64,000 bases of DNA. Origin: an uncultured archaeon (GTDB lineage Archaea > Asgardarchaeota > Lokiarchaeia > Sigyniarchaeales > SOKP01). The translations under genes were made by a program, and so were the position numbers. The notes beneath the pieces were generated by a model. It searched no databases. It was not told where the DNA came from and was given only the letters and a program-made list of their open reading frames with translations. Location: assembly GCA_964632315.1 (NCBI GenBank), contig CAZWEM010000019.1:1486-65485 (forward strand), written 5' to 3'. Below, piece after piece: positions 11,701 to 20,598 of the stretch. Every line of letters starts with the position of its first letter. Positions within the stretch are counted from its first letter, which is position 1.

Positions 11701-12792
11701 ATAATAGCGTTAAAATATAACACGGGAATTACCAGTGAATCAATTATAAGATCATTTCAGCGGGATCAATGTTTGTATCTTCCAGAATCTACAAAGATCT
11801 TTGCTAATATTTATGATGATAACATGCTAAGTAGTTATACTCAATTTAATAAATCCTTCAACTTAAAATTGAACAGTCAATTTAATGAGATAGTAGTTAA
11901 TCCCAAAACTCCAATCAGGGGAGAATTCTTCAATTTAACTGCTAAATTAACATCAGAATTCGGGGAAGCTTTAGAAAATGAGAATATTACTCTTCAGTAT
12001 TATGATCATGGTAATTGGAGTAATTTGAGCTCACAAATGACAGGACCAAATGGCACATTACTATGCATAGTTGATTCTCTATCTCTAAATGAAGAAGATG
12101 CTTACAAGTTCCGATTTTCGTGGAATGGAACACAACTTATAATGGGAACTACTGAAAATTTTACTGTTAATATCTTGCGACAATTAAACTTGATTGATCT
12201 TCATTTAAGCCAGAATTCAGTACAAATTTATCGAAATGGATTAACTACGATTAACCTTAGAATTGATAATATCGGAGAATCAACTTTGAACATCACTGAG
12301 TTTATAATTAATGTAGACCCAGATTTAAGCTATAAGATTGTAAAAATTAACAATCTTGAAATAAGTAAACTATTTCCAAATAATTCGACACTAGTAACTC
12401 TAGAGATAGAAGTATCTAATATACATGAGTTTTCAATTTCTTTATCTGTTAAAACTCAAAATACATTAACCCTGGAAAGTAACACTTTCAACATATCAAA
12501 AAGTTTTGAAACATTTGAAAGACCCTTAGAATATTATATTAATCAAGCTATTGCTTTAATCATTTTTGTCATATTTGCTTGCATAGCACTCATCACTTAT
12601 TTAGTAGTGAAGAGATCGATCCGAGCAATTGAAACTCCTGTAGAAGAACCGACTAAAAAGAAGAAGAGAAGAGGACGATATATGCCTGTAGCAGAGATTT
12701 CGAAAGAGATCGAAGAGGAGGAAAAAGAAGAAAGCAAGACGGACCTTGATTCTCTCCTTGAAGAAGAGGGTCTTAAAGATAACGATGATTGA
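8704..12792 (+). CDS. giant cell-surface (S-layer-like) glycoprotein, N-terminal signal anchor and C-terminal TM anchor
   Basis: 1362 aa. N-terminal hydrophobic IFVVSIFIISIFLISTPLF and C-terminal TM AIALIIFVIFACIALITYLVV, followed by a KKKKRRGR/acidic tail. Dozens of N-x-S/T sequons. CARDB-like beta-sandwich segment near the C-terminus. TTG start (alternative GTG at 8713). Confidence 0.8.
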   Translation: MNFVIRRKKEERQIFVVSIFIISIFLISTPLFSNFNSIFTNSQNEDLNHNEIKDLSVSSDNYLNDYYITGTGNDQQVQIYATNSSNSNINNQNYFDIPSMSSVDDTFLTRGDFNFTFQNNYTTNYVIEDTYPLNASNFIEFDMNTGSGYSTIALENGTSSNLNLDTLTDDSLSTSSFINAENGIVNLTLSADFSDTTFVNSPTGINLNFDRNLIIGFITSLIFEISRNATLTIMMRDITSSSWVNVTQPISLDSTLGTLDIEQKIINENLQYINLSNENNVQFYFERFDTSNYNITLYELHDKSIYGFDLPITDTNWVALEFDLKGLSSTVNGFNAWIRTLNLTKALDAELNVTLYKANRTVARTSKNLVDNTMRPEYSEKIDSFVLDYSAYHGDSIHYFKFNTSNTSNLGLYNYFIVIYSNSSELVYSLATIPRETFGDPDERIDHQLKRSSDGGLSWVNAHKNVPTNYESEQLDASPFVLNVTRGYMPSDFYISEDDNLNIQDMRVENLAINTGIYATSSALTWGLGRWNNDFTTEITNNTVNDFRIDLNWSKLVIKGFKFNVSYFVKAYWNEPALVGYNVSYNSIPRWHFNFTFDSSNVNLDEWNFYEFWFVYPSYFDATNLTNPSNEDIYNLTGKEVQISGIPQDKTIVNSTLATDGLYVLEATSPNLIKEMHSYIYYKEDLLETNGFMYGDNMTVRLDILDQNGKIPKGGLANVSLYYPNNSTKYPGTDRSSSEAIKIDDTKTYSFSNDTILMVNESVPLDNYYLGFFWSNGTAIGCKTLKVYINAYDIELDDLFYEPNFNTNVLSGIVSEVYDNYSLLLASVNETTGLTNPDFYTVNQSGLNQEYSIDISGNQIPVMFKSFLQNETILNPGEIVKFSTEIQNLHELINLDVSINVKLVALGNEDWIIDEATSAIQNLSLKGDPSGNDTKDFSVELQVPDFQPDGTWMGLNAPIRKGGAKTIVTIYIGNKIAGYYESPDYSILINDHEDIFEGFIIALKYNTGITSESIIRSFQRDQCLYLPESTKIFANIYDDNMLSSYTQFNKSFNLKLNSQFNEIVVNPKTPIRGEFFNLTAKLTSEFGEALENENITLQYYDHGNWSNLSSQMTGPNGTLLCIVDSLSLNEEDAYKFRFSWNGTQLIMGTTENFTVNILRQLNLIDLHLSQNSVQIYRNGLTTINLRIDNIGESTLNITEFIINVDPDLSYKIVKINNLEISKLFPNNSTLVTLEIEVSNIHEFSISLSVKTQNTLTLESNTFNISKSFETFERPLEYYINQAIALIIFVIFACIALITYLVVKRSIRAIETPVEEPTKKKKRRGRYMPVAEISKEIEEEEKEESKTDLDSLLEEEGLKDNDD

Positions 12793-12795
12793 TTC

Positions 12796-12837
12796 TTTCT
12801 ATTTTTTATTTATTTTTTAACTATTTTTTTAAAAAAA
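12796..12837. terminator. bidirectional oligo-T/oligo-A tract between convergent genes
   Basis: T6, T6 and T7 runs followed by A7, between the stop at 12792 (+) and the stop at 12851 (-). Archaeal terminators are oligo-T tracts. Confidence 0.35.
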
Positions 12838-12850
12838 GAGGTAATAAAAT

Positions 12851-13201
12851 TTAAGGATTTGATAAAGAGATTAAATTTCGTTTCAAAAGACTTAGTGAAG
12901 CCTTCCCATCTAAACCAGCTAAAGCGATTAAAAGCATCTCGTCTGATCCTGCTAATACTGCAAATCCATCTGCCAATTCGACTGTCGCAGTTTTTAAAGT
13001 TCCTTTTCCAAGGCTATTTCCCAACTTATTCGAACTGGTGATAATTGAAACACATTCTTTAGCAATCAAGCCATGATCCATATCCGTAAGTGTTTGTCCA
13101 ACGAGTACTTTCCCATTCATATCACTCGCAATTAAACCCTCACATTCGGGTACTAAGTCCATCAACTCTGCTAGTTTCTTTTCAAGTTCTTTTTTATCCA
13201 T
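12851..13201 (-). CDS. Roadblock/LC7 (MglB-like) domain protein
   Basis: 116 aa. CEGLIASDMNGKVLVGQT...TATVELADGFAVLAGSDEMLLIALAG fits the Roadblock a-b-b-a-b-b-b pattern. Confidence 0.8.
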   Translation of the reverse strand: MDKKELEKKLAELMDLVPECEGLIASDMNGKVLVGQTLTDMDHGLIAKECVSIITSSNKLGNSLGKGTLKTATVELADGFAVLAGSDEMLLIALAGLDGKASLSLLKRNLISLSNP

Positions 13202-13346
13202 AAGATATCCACTTTTAGTAAAACTTAGGTGATAAGAATCTTCTACATTGGTGAAGAATTTATATTAAATATATTATGGATTTACAAAATTTAAATTTAT
13301 CAATAGAATAGGTAAAAAGAATTCAGTCTAAATAATTCAATAAAAT

Positions 13347-13631
13347 TTACTTCAATATGATCAAAATGAGGTTTTCTTCACGAGCTATCATAATTTCCCC
13401 CTTCGAAGTCTCTAATCGGATGAAATTTAGCCGCCCCTCATCCAAGGCTTTAACACATGATTCTGATTTACCTATTAATGCTGTAATATATGCGGACACC
13501 TCTTCAGTTTGTTCTGTAGCAAGATTTGACTTTATTGGGAGCCCTGTAGAATCACAGATAATCACTCCTCTAACACCTTCTTTCTCTTCGAAGCGGCGTA
13601 TGATCGCTTTTACTTCGTTCACATCTATCAA
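13347..13631 (-). CDS. Roadblock/LC7 domain protein
   Basis: 94 aa. VRGVIICDSTGLPIKS...FIRLETSKGEIMIAREENLILIIL. TTG start. Confidence 0.75.
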   Translation of the reverse strand: MIDVNEVKAIIRRFEEKEGVRGVIICDSTGLPIKSNLATEQTEEVSAYITALIGKSESCVKALDEGRLNFIRLETSKGEIMIAREENLILIILK

Positions 13632-13751
13632 AGTTGTTTATCACCTTATTTTTTAAACACATGCAATTTTTATTATTATAATATATTTAGTACTTAAAAA
13701 ATTATCATCTTATTATACAAATAAAAAAGAAAAAATAATAAAACAAGAATC

Positions 13752-14384
13752 CTAAACAAAATATTTTCTAAACATGTTATTCTTGCGTTCGAACCCGATT
13801 GTCGTAAATCCCATATGACCGGGGAAAACGATAAAATTATCTGAAAGATTGTCATTATTCATTATTCTTGTCCTTATACTTTCAAAAAGAAGATTTTGAT
13901 CTCCTCCTTCAAAATCAGATCTACCAATACTTTGCTTGAAGAGTAAATCCCCTGAAAATAAAATTCCATCGACTTTTTCATTATTGAATTCAGTTATGTC
14001 TTTAGTGTAAAAACAGAGAGATCCGGGAGAATGTCCTGGAGTTTCAAGCACGTGCAAGGAAATATCTCCCACTTGTATGATATCTCCTTCATTCAACCAT
14101 CTATTTGCCGTCTTATTACTGAAAATGCCCGAATCATACTCTTTTTTACTAAACATCAATGGGATCTTGTAAAAGCGTAAAATTTTTCCCACTTTCATTG
14201 TATGATCGAAGTGCCCATGAGTAAGTAATACTGCAATGGGTTTAGCTTCAAGTTGTTCAATCTCTTTAATGATTTCATTTTCATTTCCACCGGGATCGAT
14301 GATAACCACTTCCTTCATTTCTGAAGATCCAAATATATAAGCGTTTGTTCCTAAAGGCCCCACTACAAGTCTTTTGAAGATCAT
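13752..14384 (-). CDS. MBL-fold metallo-hydrolase (hydroxyacylglutathione hydrolase-like)
   Basis: LLTHGHFDH motif, TPGHSPGS; 210 aa. Confidence 0.9.
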   Translation of the reverse strand: MIFKRLVVGPLGTNAYIFGSSEMKEVVIIDPGGNENEIIKEIEQLEAKPIAVLLTHGHFDHTMKVGKILRFYKIPLMFSKKEYDSGIFSNKTANRWLNEGDIIQVGDISLHVLETPGHSPGSLCFYTKDITEFNNEKVDGILFSGDLLFKQSIGRSDFEGGDQNLLFESIRTRIMNNDNLSDNFIVFPGHMGFTTIGFERKNNMFRKYFV

Positions 14385-14470
14385 GATCTTAGATAACTCT
14401 TAATTTTGAATTTTAAATTGAGTATAAGAAAATAAAAGAGAAGGGTAAATCAATTTCATCGCGAGGGAAT

Positions 14471-14758
14471 TCATTTACCGTTGATCAAGTTATTAATTTC
14501 AACAAGCTTGTTATAGATTAATAAACCTTTATCAGTTAGCTTTACGAACTTTTTCTTTTTATTCTCTTCTATAGAAATTAGTCCTTTTTCGATCATATCA
14601 TCTTTTACTCGGAAGAAAGAGTTGTAATAGCTAAATTTGTTCAATTCGTTGTAGAATGTATGTTTATCGGTTTTAAAATTCTTAAATTGTGCCAATACAG
14701 TCATCGTATCACGATAACCCTTCTTTTTAAGAAAGTTTATTAATTCATCAATAGCCAT
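14471..14758 (-). CDS. small winged-helix DNA-binding protein (putative regulator)
   Basis: 95 aa. Helix-rich N-terminus, then KGLISIEENKKKKFVKLTDKGLLIY wing-like segment. Confidence 0.45.
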   Translation of the reverse strand: MAIDELINFLKKKGYRDTMTVLAQFKNFKTDKHTFYNELNKFSYYNSFFRVKDDMIEKGLISIEENKKKKFVKLTDKGLLIYNKLVEINNLINGK

Positions 14759-15024
14759 ATTTTATCCCTTAACTTTTTTTTAGTAATAGTAACTAAACTT
14801 GTACTATTTTGTAATTTAGTAAAATTATTAGAATTAAAAAAGATTGTGAAATTTTTGGGTATGGCTTATCGAAATACGTTGGGAAACTGACTGATTTCCT
14901 TTATCAACTTAATAGTAAATCAAGAAAGAATGTGATAAATTCCAATAATAAAATCTTTTAAAACTTTCAATTAGTTTCAATTACGCCTTAAAACTTTTAA
15001 TTTCGAAAATATTTTTATTAATGA

Positions 15025-15744
15025 ATGTTTGTGAAAAAGTATTTTGAAATCGGTAATGGCCACGTTCCAGTAATCTTATCATGTGCTCACGGAGGATATA
15101 AAAAATCGAAAAAAATTCCAGATAAACTGAAGGGACCCACGATTGCTGATCAAAATACCTACTTTCTTTCCAAGATGATTATTAATGGACTAATAAGCGA
15201 GGATGTACAAATTTATTACGTATTAAATAAGATTCATAGGAGTAAGGTCGATTTAAACAGGCCTGTATTGTCAATCAGCGCGATTAACCAGGATTGTACT
15301 GAAGCATTAAACATTCATAACTTATTTCATGATTATCTTGATAGATTCACTCAAAATTGTCTTTCAGAATACAATCGTTGCTTATTGATTGATCTTCATG
15401 GTTTTACTAAACCTAGTCAGGATTATCCTGATGTGATTTTTGGGCATGTGTTTGGAAAGACCTTATCAGAAATACAAGATAGTGCTCATGAGGATTGTAA
15501 TAGATTTTGGGGTTGTGCGCAATTACAAGATGAAATTTGCAAGAGTTTTACCCTCGATGATGGTTTGGGAATAAATAACTTCAATCTTTCATATTCGGGA
15601 GGATATATAACTCAACGCTTCTATAACCAACCCAAAATTAATGCAATTCAGATCGAGATCGCAAAATATATTCGAACAGATAAAAATCTCACCTATAAAA
15701 TTGTCGATGCTTTAATCTCGGCTATTTTAAACTCTCTTAAATAA
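15025..15744 (+). CDS. N-formylglutamate amidohydrolase family protein
   Basis: ILSCAHGG, KVDLNRP and LIDLHGF motifs in the order typical of the FGase family. Confidence 0.55.
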   Translation: MFVKKYFEIGNGHVPVILSCAHGGYKKSKKIPDKLKGPTIADQNTYFLSKMIINGLISEDVQIYYVLNKIHRSKVDLNRPVLSISAINQDCTEALNIHNLFHDYLDRFTQNCLSEYNRCLLIDLHGFTKPSQDYPDVIFGHVFGKTLSEIQDSAHEDCNRFWGCAQLQDEICKSFTLDDGLGINNFNLSYSGGYITQRFYNQPKINAIQIEIAKYIRTDKNLTYKIVDALISAILNSLK

Positions 15745-15825
15745 TGCAGGCACTCCTTAGTTTAGTTCATATTGCATTATGAAATATAAAGAGCTCCTTT
15801 AATAAGTTGCATAATTGTCTATTTT

Positions 15826-16197
15826 ATGAAAGAATTAAAAACTACACCTAATAAGAAAAGTGTTGAGAAATTCTTAAAAAACATTGATAATCCTACAAGA
15901 AAGAAAGATTCTTTTGAAATTCTCAATCTTCTAAAAGAACTAACTGACAGAGAGCCTATAATGTGGGGCGACAGTATGGTTGGGTTTGGAACCTATAATT
16001 ATAAGTATAAGTCAGGTAAAGAAGGCGATTGGATGAGAGTAGGATTCTCCCCCAGAAATCAAAATTTAACTCTATATATAATGGATGGGCTCGAGAAATA
16101 CGAGGAATTGCTCGGAAAATTTGGAAGGCATAAGATTGGAAAATCTTGTTTATACATTAATAATCTTGAGCATGTTGATAAATCAGTTTTAAAGTAA
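15826..16197 (+). CDS. DUF1801 (YdhG-like) domain protein
   Basis: IMWGDSMVGFGTYNYKYKSGKEGDWMRVGFSPRNQNLTLYIM matches the DUF1801 core. Confidence 0.7.
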   Translation: MKELKTTPNKKSVEKFLKNIDNPTRKKDSFEILNLLKELTDREPIMWGDSMVGFGTYNYKYKSGKEGDWMRVGFSPRNQNLTLYIMDGLEKYEELLGKFGRHKIGKSCLYINNLEHVDKSVLK

Positions 16198-16269
16198 CTA
16201 ATTTTAGAATCCCTAAACTATATGGATCAAGAATATCCGGAGAAATAATCAGTTTCGTTTTAATTTAGC

Positions 16270-16650
16270 TTAGAAATTCTTCTGCAGTTCCATAACATAA
16301 GGTTTGAGAAATGCCATGATTTTATCTGGATTTGAGCCAGATAGACCATATATAGCTAAAACTCCGCCTTCAAAAGACATTATGATGATAGATCCCATTC
16401 CTTGTGAATTAGTTGCTATTAATCCATCATCTGAGGCTTTTGTAATAAGAAATTCAGCTTCATTGATTTTAATTGAAGTTACTCCTTTAAGGGCATCAAA
16501 TAACTGATCTCGTGACGTAGATACATCCCAATTTTCTGTTTGATAAATGATTTCTTTTGAATTAGATAATACGGCAAAGGCTGCTATCTTCATATTATTT
16601 TCAAATGAGGATATTCCTATTTCATCAATTAGATTTTTTATTTCACTCAT
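16270..16650 (-). CDS. profilin-like protein (Asgard-type); alternative is a divergent Roadblock-like fold
   Basis: 126 aa. N-terminal helix, IAAFAVLSNSKEIIYQTENWDVS, then INEAEFLITKASDDGLIATNSQGMGSIIIMSFEGGVLAIYGLSGSNP and a C-terminal helix KIMAFLKPYVMELQKN. This follows profilin secondary-structure order. Confidence 0.5.
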   Translation of the reverse strand: MSEIKNLIDEIGISSFENNMKIAAFAVLSNSKEIIYQTENWDVSTSRDQLFDALKGVTSIKINEAEFLITKASDDGLIATNSQGMGSIIIMSFEGGVLAIYGLSGSNPDKIMAFLKPYVMELQKNF

Positions 16651-16974
16651 TATCTTAAGATAAAGTGATTACTCATTTATAGCATATCATTTTCGAAATA
16701 CAACTGAAACCTTTTCAATTTTCATCCATACCTTTAAAAGTGATAAAATAAAATCTGAAATCTCTTTAAAGAAAAATAGTTTCATTATCATTTTGTTCAG
16801 AACACTAAATTTTGTCGGTCTGAGAGATGGATTAAGGTTTATATGAGGATGGGAAAAGATTGGGCAAGACTTAAATATGATCTTTGGTTATATTACTTAA
16901 GTAAGAAAAAATTAAAATTGAAGAATGTTCAGTTTTTTGTAATACCGTAAAAAATTGAATAATAAAAATTGGAG

Positions 16975-17211
16975 ATGAAAAAACACTTGTTAAGATGTGA
17001 AAAATGTGGTAAAGAATATTCTTATGGACGTAAGATACACCATGAATGTGATGAAAATTTAATTAATCATGGAGTCATTTTTGAAAATACCCCAAGGAAT
17101 CATGGGTGGAATTGTCTTTCAGATGATTCAGATCTTTGTGGAATTAGTGAACGAATTATTGCGAGTTATGTAAGTAATTCGAAAGTTAAATCCTTATTCG
17201 TATACGAATAA
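16975..17211 (+). CDS. small zinc-ribbon-like protein
   Basis: CEKCGKEY...HHEC. ATG preceded by GGAG. The ORF track starts 6 nt earlier at a TTG. Confidence 0.45.
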   Translation: MKKHLLRCEKCGKEYSYGRKIHHECDENLINHGVIFENTPRNHGWNCLSDDSDLCGISERIIASYVSNSKVKSLFVYE

Positions 17212-17304
17212 ATTTTACTATTTTATACACTACTTTTATAACTTATTTTCTCATTTACAAATAATTAATTTCATAAGGTTTAATTCTGTTCCATTAATTG
17301 TTTA

Positions 17305-18207
17305 ATGAATGCGAGTTCATTTCAGACAGACATTGCTATCATCGGACATTTGGCAAAAGATTTAATTGAAATCGATGGTAAAGTAACAGAAGCTTTAGGT
17401 GGGGGTGTTTATTACGGTGCTCTTGCTGGGAGTCAAATGGGCTTGAAAATAGCAATAATTACTCATTTAAAAAAATCAGATTTCCAATTTTTAGATACTT
17501 TTGAAGAAAAGGGTATCCAAATTTTTGTTACCCGAACTAAGGAATCTTCTGGAATACGTAATATCTATTCATCTAAAAATTTTGAAACAAGAAAATATAC
17601 TCCCTTAGGTTTTGCCGGAGCTTTTCATATCTCTGAAATTCCTGAAATCGATGTAAAATATTTTGTAATTGGTGCAATTGTAGCTGGCGAGATTGAATTA
17701 GAGCTATTTAAGTATTTAGCTTCAAAATATCCGAATAATTTATGTGTCGACATTCAAGGTTTTATTCGAGTTCGATCTAACAAGAAACTCTTTTATAAGG
17801 ATTTAAGTGAGCATAATAAAAGAGAGATTTTATCAAAAACTAATGTTCTTAAAGCAGATCAAACTGAATTAAAAATACTTACGAATCAACCAGAGATTAA
17901 AGAGGGAGCAATAATTTTAAAATCGTACGGGCCTAAAGAGATATTAATTACTCATGAAAGAGGCATCAGCCTACTTTCTGATGATGAATATATCACTTTT
18001 CCCTGGAAAAATAACTCTTTTCTGGGGAGGACGGGGAGAGGAGATACTGCTTTTATGAGTTATTTAGGATCAAGAATTACCAAAAGCCCCAGAGATTCAT
18101 TAAAATTTAGTGCTGCTTTAACTTCACTAAAATTAGAGTCCGCAGGAGCATTTTCTCTTCCCATCAATTTAGTGAATGACTTAATTAAGAGAGAGTATTC
18201 TAATTAA
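17305..18207 (+). CDS. PfkB-family carbohydrate/nucleoside kinase
   Basis: GGGVYYGA near the N-terminus and GRTGRGDTAF (GxGD anion-hole motif) near the C-terminus. Confidence 0.85.
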   Translation: MNASSFQTDIAIIGHLAKDLIEIDGKVTEALGGGVYYGALAGSQMGLKIAIITHLKKSDFQFLDTFEEKGIQIFVTRTKESSGIRNIYSSKNFETRKYTPLGFAGAFHISEIPEIDVKYFVIGAIVAGEIELELFKYLASKYPNNLCVDIQGFIRVRSNKKLFYKDLSEHNKREILSKTNVLKADQTELKILTNQPEIKEGAIILKSYGPKEILITHERGISLLSDDEYITFPWKNNSFLGRTGRGDTAFMSYLGSRITKSPRDSLKFSAALTSLKLESAGAFSLPINLVNDLIKREYSN

Positions 18208-18209
18208 CC

Positions 18210-18953
18210 ATGAGAATTGGCGGTACAATAGATATATCAACTAAGGATATTCCAAATAAATCGGCAATGGTTATTTTTACTGTTGGATGTAACTTAAATT
18301 GCGAGTTCTGTCATAATAAACCGTTATTAGTTAATTCTGTTGGCCAAGGGTATTCAGTTGATGAAATCTTAAATAAAATAGACCAGAATGTTTTAATAAG
18401 CAGCGTGAGCATAACTGGGGGAGAACCAACTCTTCAGAAAGATTTACCGCAACTTTGCGATGGGATAAGGAATCTAAATAAATATCTTAGTATAGATACA
18501 AATGGTACAAATCCAAGCGTGATTCAAAAAATAATTCCATATTTGAATAGGGTGGCTTTAGATATTAAAGCTCCTTTAAATGATGAAAGGATGAGAGAAA
18601 TAACTCGGCGTGAAGTAGATATCTCACGGATAATGAAAACCATTAGCTTATGTAATAATGGGAATCTTAATTTCGAAATCCGCACGACATATGTCAGTAA
18701 TCTATTGAAGCCTAATGATATTTATGAGATTTTAGAAGATCTACGAGTTATTACATTTAGGGGAAATTTTGTACTTCAACAATACCAATTTTCAGAAGGA
18801 GTAGGTGATGCTCTAAAAGATAAATTTGAAAAACCCCAACATACTTTTTTAATTAACATATTAAAACCCTATCAAGATGTCATTCTCCCATTCAAGATTT
18901 ATATTAGAGATGACACTATAGGATATTCTGAAATTAATAATAAAACATTCTAG
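18210..18953 (+). CDS. radical SAM glycyl-radical-enzyme activase family protein (NrdG/PflA-like)
   Basis: FTVGCNLNCEFCHNKP (CxxxCxxC followed by HN), ITGGEPTLQ; 247 aa. 2-nt gap after the kinase. Confidence 0.8.
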   Translation: MRIGGTIDISTKDIPNKSAMVIFTVGCNLNCEFCHNKPLLVNSVGQGYSVDEILNKIDQNVLISSVSITGGEPTLQKDLPQLCDGIRNLNKYLSIDTNGTNPSVIQKIIPYLNRVALDIKAPLNDERMREITRREVDISRIMKTISLCNNGNLNFEIRTTYVSNLLKPNDIYEILEDLRVITFRGNFVLQQYQFSEGVGDALKDKFEKPQHTFLINILKPYQDVILPFKIYIRDDTIGYSEINNKTF

Positions 18954-18957
18954 TATA

Positions 18958-20088
18958 ATGAATGAAAACGAAATTAGGGAACAAATAGATTCTTGTATCG
19001 AATGTGAAGCTTGTTTAGAAGTGTGCGATACTTATTTAGTTTCTCATGATATTCTTAGGTCTCCTAATGGTAGATTGAAAATATCTGGGAAGATATTTGA
19101 TGATGAAGAAATTTCAGGAGAGGAACTGAAAGCCATTTACACTTGCACCTTATGTAGCTTATGCGATGATTTCTGTCAACAAGAAATACCTATTTCTGAA
19201 ATTATTCATTCTTCAAAAATTAAGCTCGTGGAACAAAACTTAGGACCTTTAGAGATTCATGATAAAATCACGCAAGGAATTATTGAAAAAGGTAACTCAG
19301 TTAATGGAGATCCCGAAGAGCGTTTAAGTTGGATTCCTGATGAGTATCGAAAAAATGAAATATTTGAACAAAAAAATTCCAATACTTTATTGTTTTTAGG
19401 TTGCATGTCCTCTTTTCGAGTACAAGAGAGTGCAAGTGCATCATATACTCTCTTAAAAAAGGGAGGTTATGATTTCAAGATATTAGAAAAAGAACCTTGC
19501 TGTGGGGAATATGTATATTCCTCAGGTAACTTAAAATTAGCTAAACAAATGTTTAAAGAAAATTTTGATACTTTTAAGACCGCAGGGATAAAAACAATAA
19601 TCACAACCTGTGCTGGATGCTTATACGCGTTCAACAATGTGTACCCCAAATTTGTTTCTGATTGGGATATAGAAGTAAAGCACGTTATTCAAGTAATCCA
19701 TGAACTGTTTATTAATCATGAGTTAAAGTTTAAAAAACTCAGAAGAGGAATAACATATCACGATCCTTGTCGAACTGGTAGGAAACTTAAAGAATTAGAT
19801 ATATATGATGAACCAAGAGAATTATTACAAACCTCATGCGAGAATTACTTCGAATTACCTAAAAATCGGGAAATTACGCCTTGCTGCGGAGCAGGATCTG
19901 GCGTAAGAGGTGTTGATAGCAACTTGTGTATTAATATTGGTTTAAGTGTGTTGAATGATAGTTCCACTAAAGAACTAATTACGGCTTGTCCTTTATGTGC
20001 ATTTAATTATCGGTACATTATTTACAAAGAGCAGTTAGATAAAGAGATTAAATATATCACAGATTACTTGCTCGAAGCTTTAGACTGA
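18958..20088 (+). CDS. Fe-S oxidoreductase with two CCG domains (HdrD/GlpC/LldE-like)
   Basis: CIECEACLEVC and CTLCSLCDDFC ferredoxin-type motifs. CCG motifs EPCCGEY and TPCCGAG. Confidence 0.8.
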   Translation: MNENEIREQIDSCIECEACLEVCDTYLVSHDILRSPNGRLKISGKIFDDEEISGEELKAIYTCTLCSLCDDFCQQEIPISEIIHSSKIKLVEQNLGPLEIHDKITQGIIEKGNSVNGDPEERLSWIPDEYRKNEIFEQKNSNTLLFLGCMSSFRVQESASASYTLLKKGGYDFKILEKEPCCGEYVYSSGNLKLAKQMFKENFDTFKTAGIKTIITTCAGCLYAFNNVYPKFVSDWDIEVKHVIQVIHELFINHELKFKKLRRGITYHDPCRTGRKLKELDIYDEPRELLQTSCENYFELPKNREITPCCGAGSGVRGVDSNLCINIGLSVLNDSSTKELITACPLCAFNYRYIIYKEQLDKEIKYITDYLLEALD

Positions 20089-20091
20089 TTT

Positions 20092-20598
20092 TTAAGATTT
20101 AACACAAGATGATTCATTTCTTTTAGAGTGTTGTCTAGCTTCCTTTAATCGTATCTCTCTTCTCTTTTCTGCTTCTGCGAAGCGGCGCTGCTCTTGTTTG
20201 TTTTCTAAGCTTAATTTAGGAACTTCAATAGGTTTACCATCCTTATCTAAAGCTACGAAAGTGAGATAGGCAGAACCAACATGAAAATGTGATCCTGTTC
20301 TAAGGCATTCGGCTTCAACTCTCACCCCAACTTCCATAGAGGTTTTGGATACAAAATTTATTGACGCTTTAGCGAATAGCAGATCTCCAACATATACAGG
20401 TGAGAGAAAATCCATTCTATCTACTGATGCAGTCACACAGTTTCGACGAGAATGTCTAACTGCTACAATACCTGCGGCTTCATCCACAAGTTTTAGAATA
20501 TGACCACCATTAACGTTTCCAGAGGGATTAGCATGTTCAGGATACATGATTTGAGTAACTTGCACTCTTGAATCCATAACTTTTTTAGGACTTAACAT
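20092..20598 (-). CDS. acyl-CoA thioesterase (hotdog fold, YciA/ACOT-like)
   Basis: MYPEHANPSGNVNGGHILKLVDEAAG...ASVDRMDFLSPV. Confidence 0.85.
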   Translation of the reverse strand: MLSPKKVMDSRVQVTQIMYPEHANPSGNVNGGHILKLVDEAAGIVAVRHSRRNCVTASVDRMDFLSPVYVGDLLFAKASINFVSKTSMEVGVRVEAECLRTGSHFHVGSAYLTFVALDKDGKPIEVPKLSLENKQEQRRFAEAEKRREIRLKEARQHSKRNESSCVKS

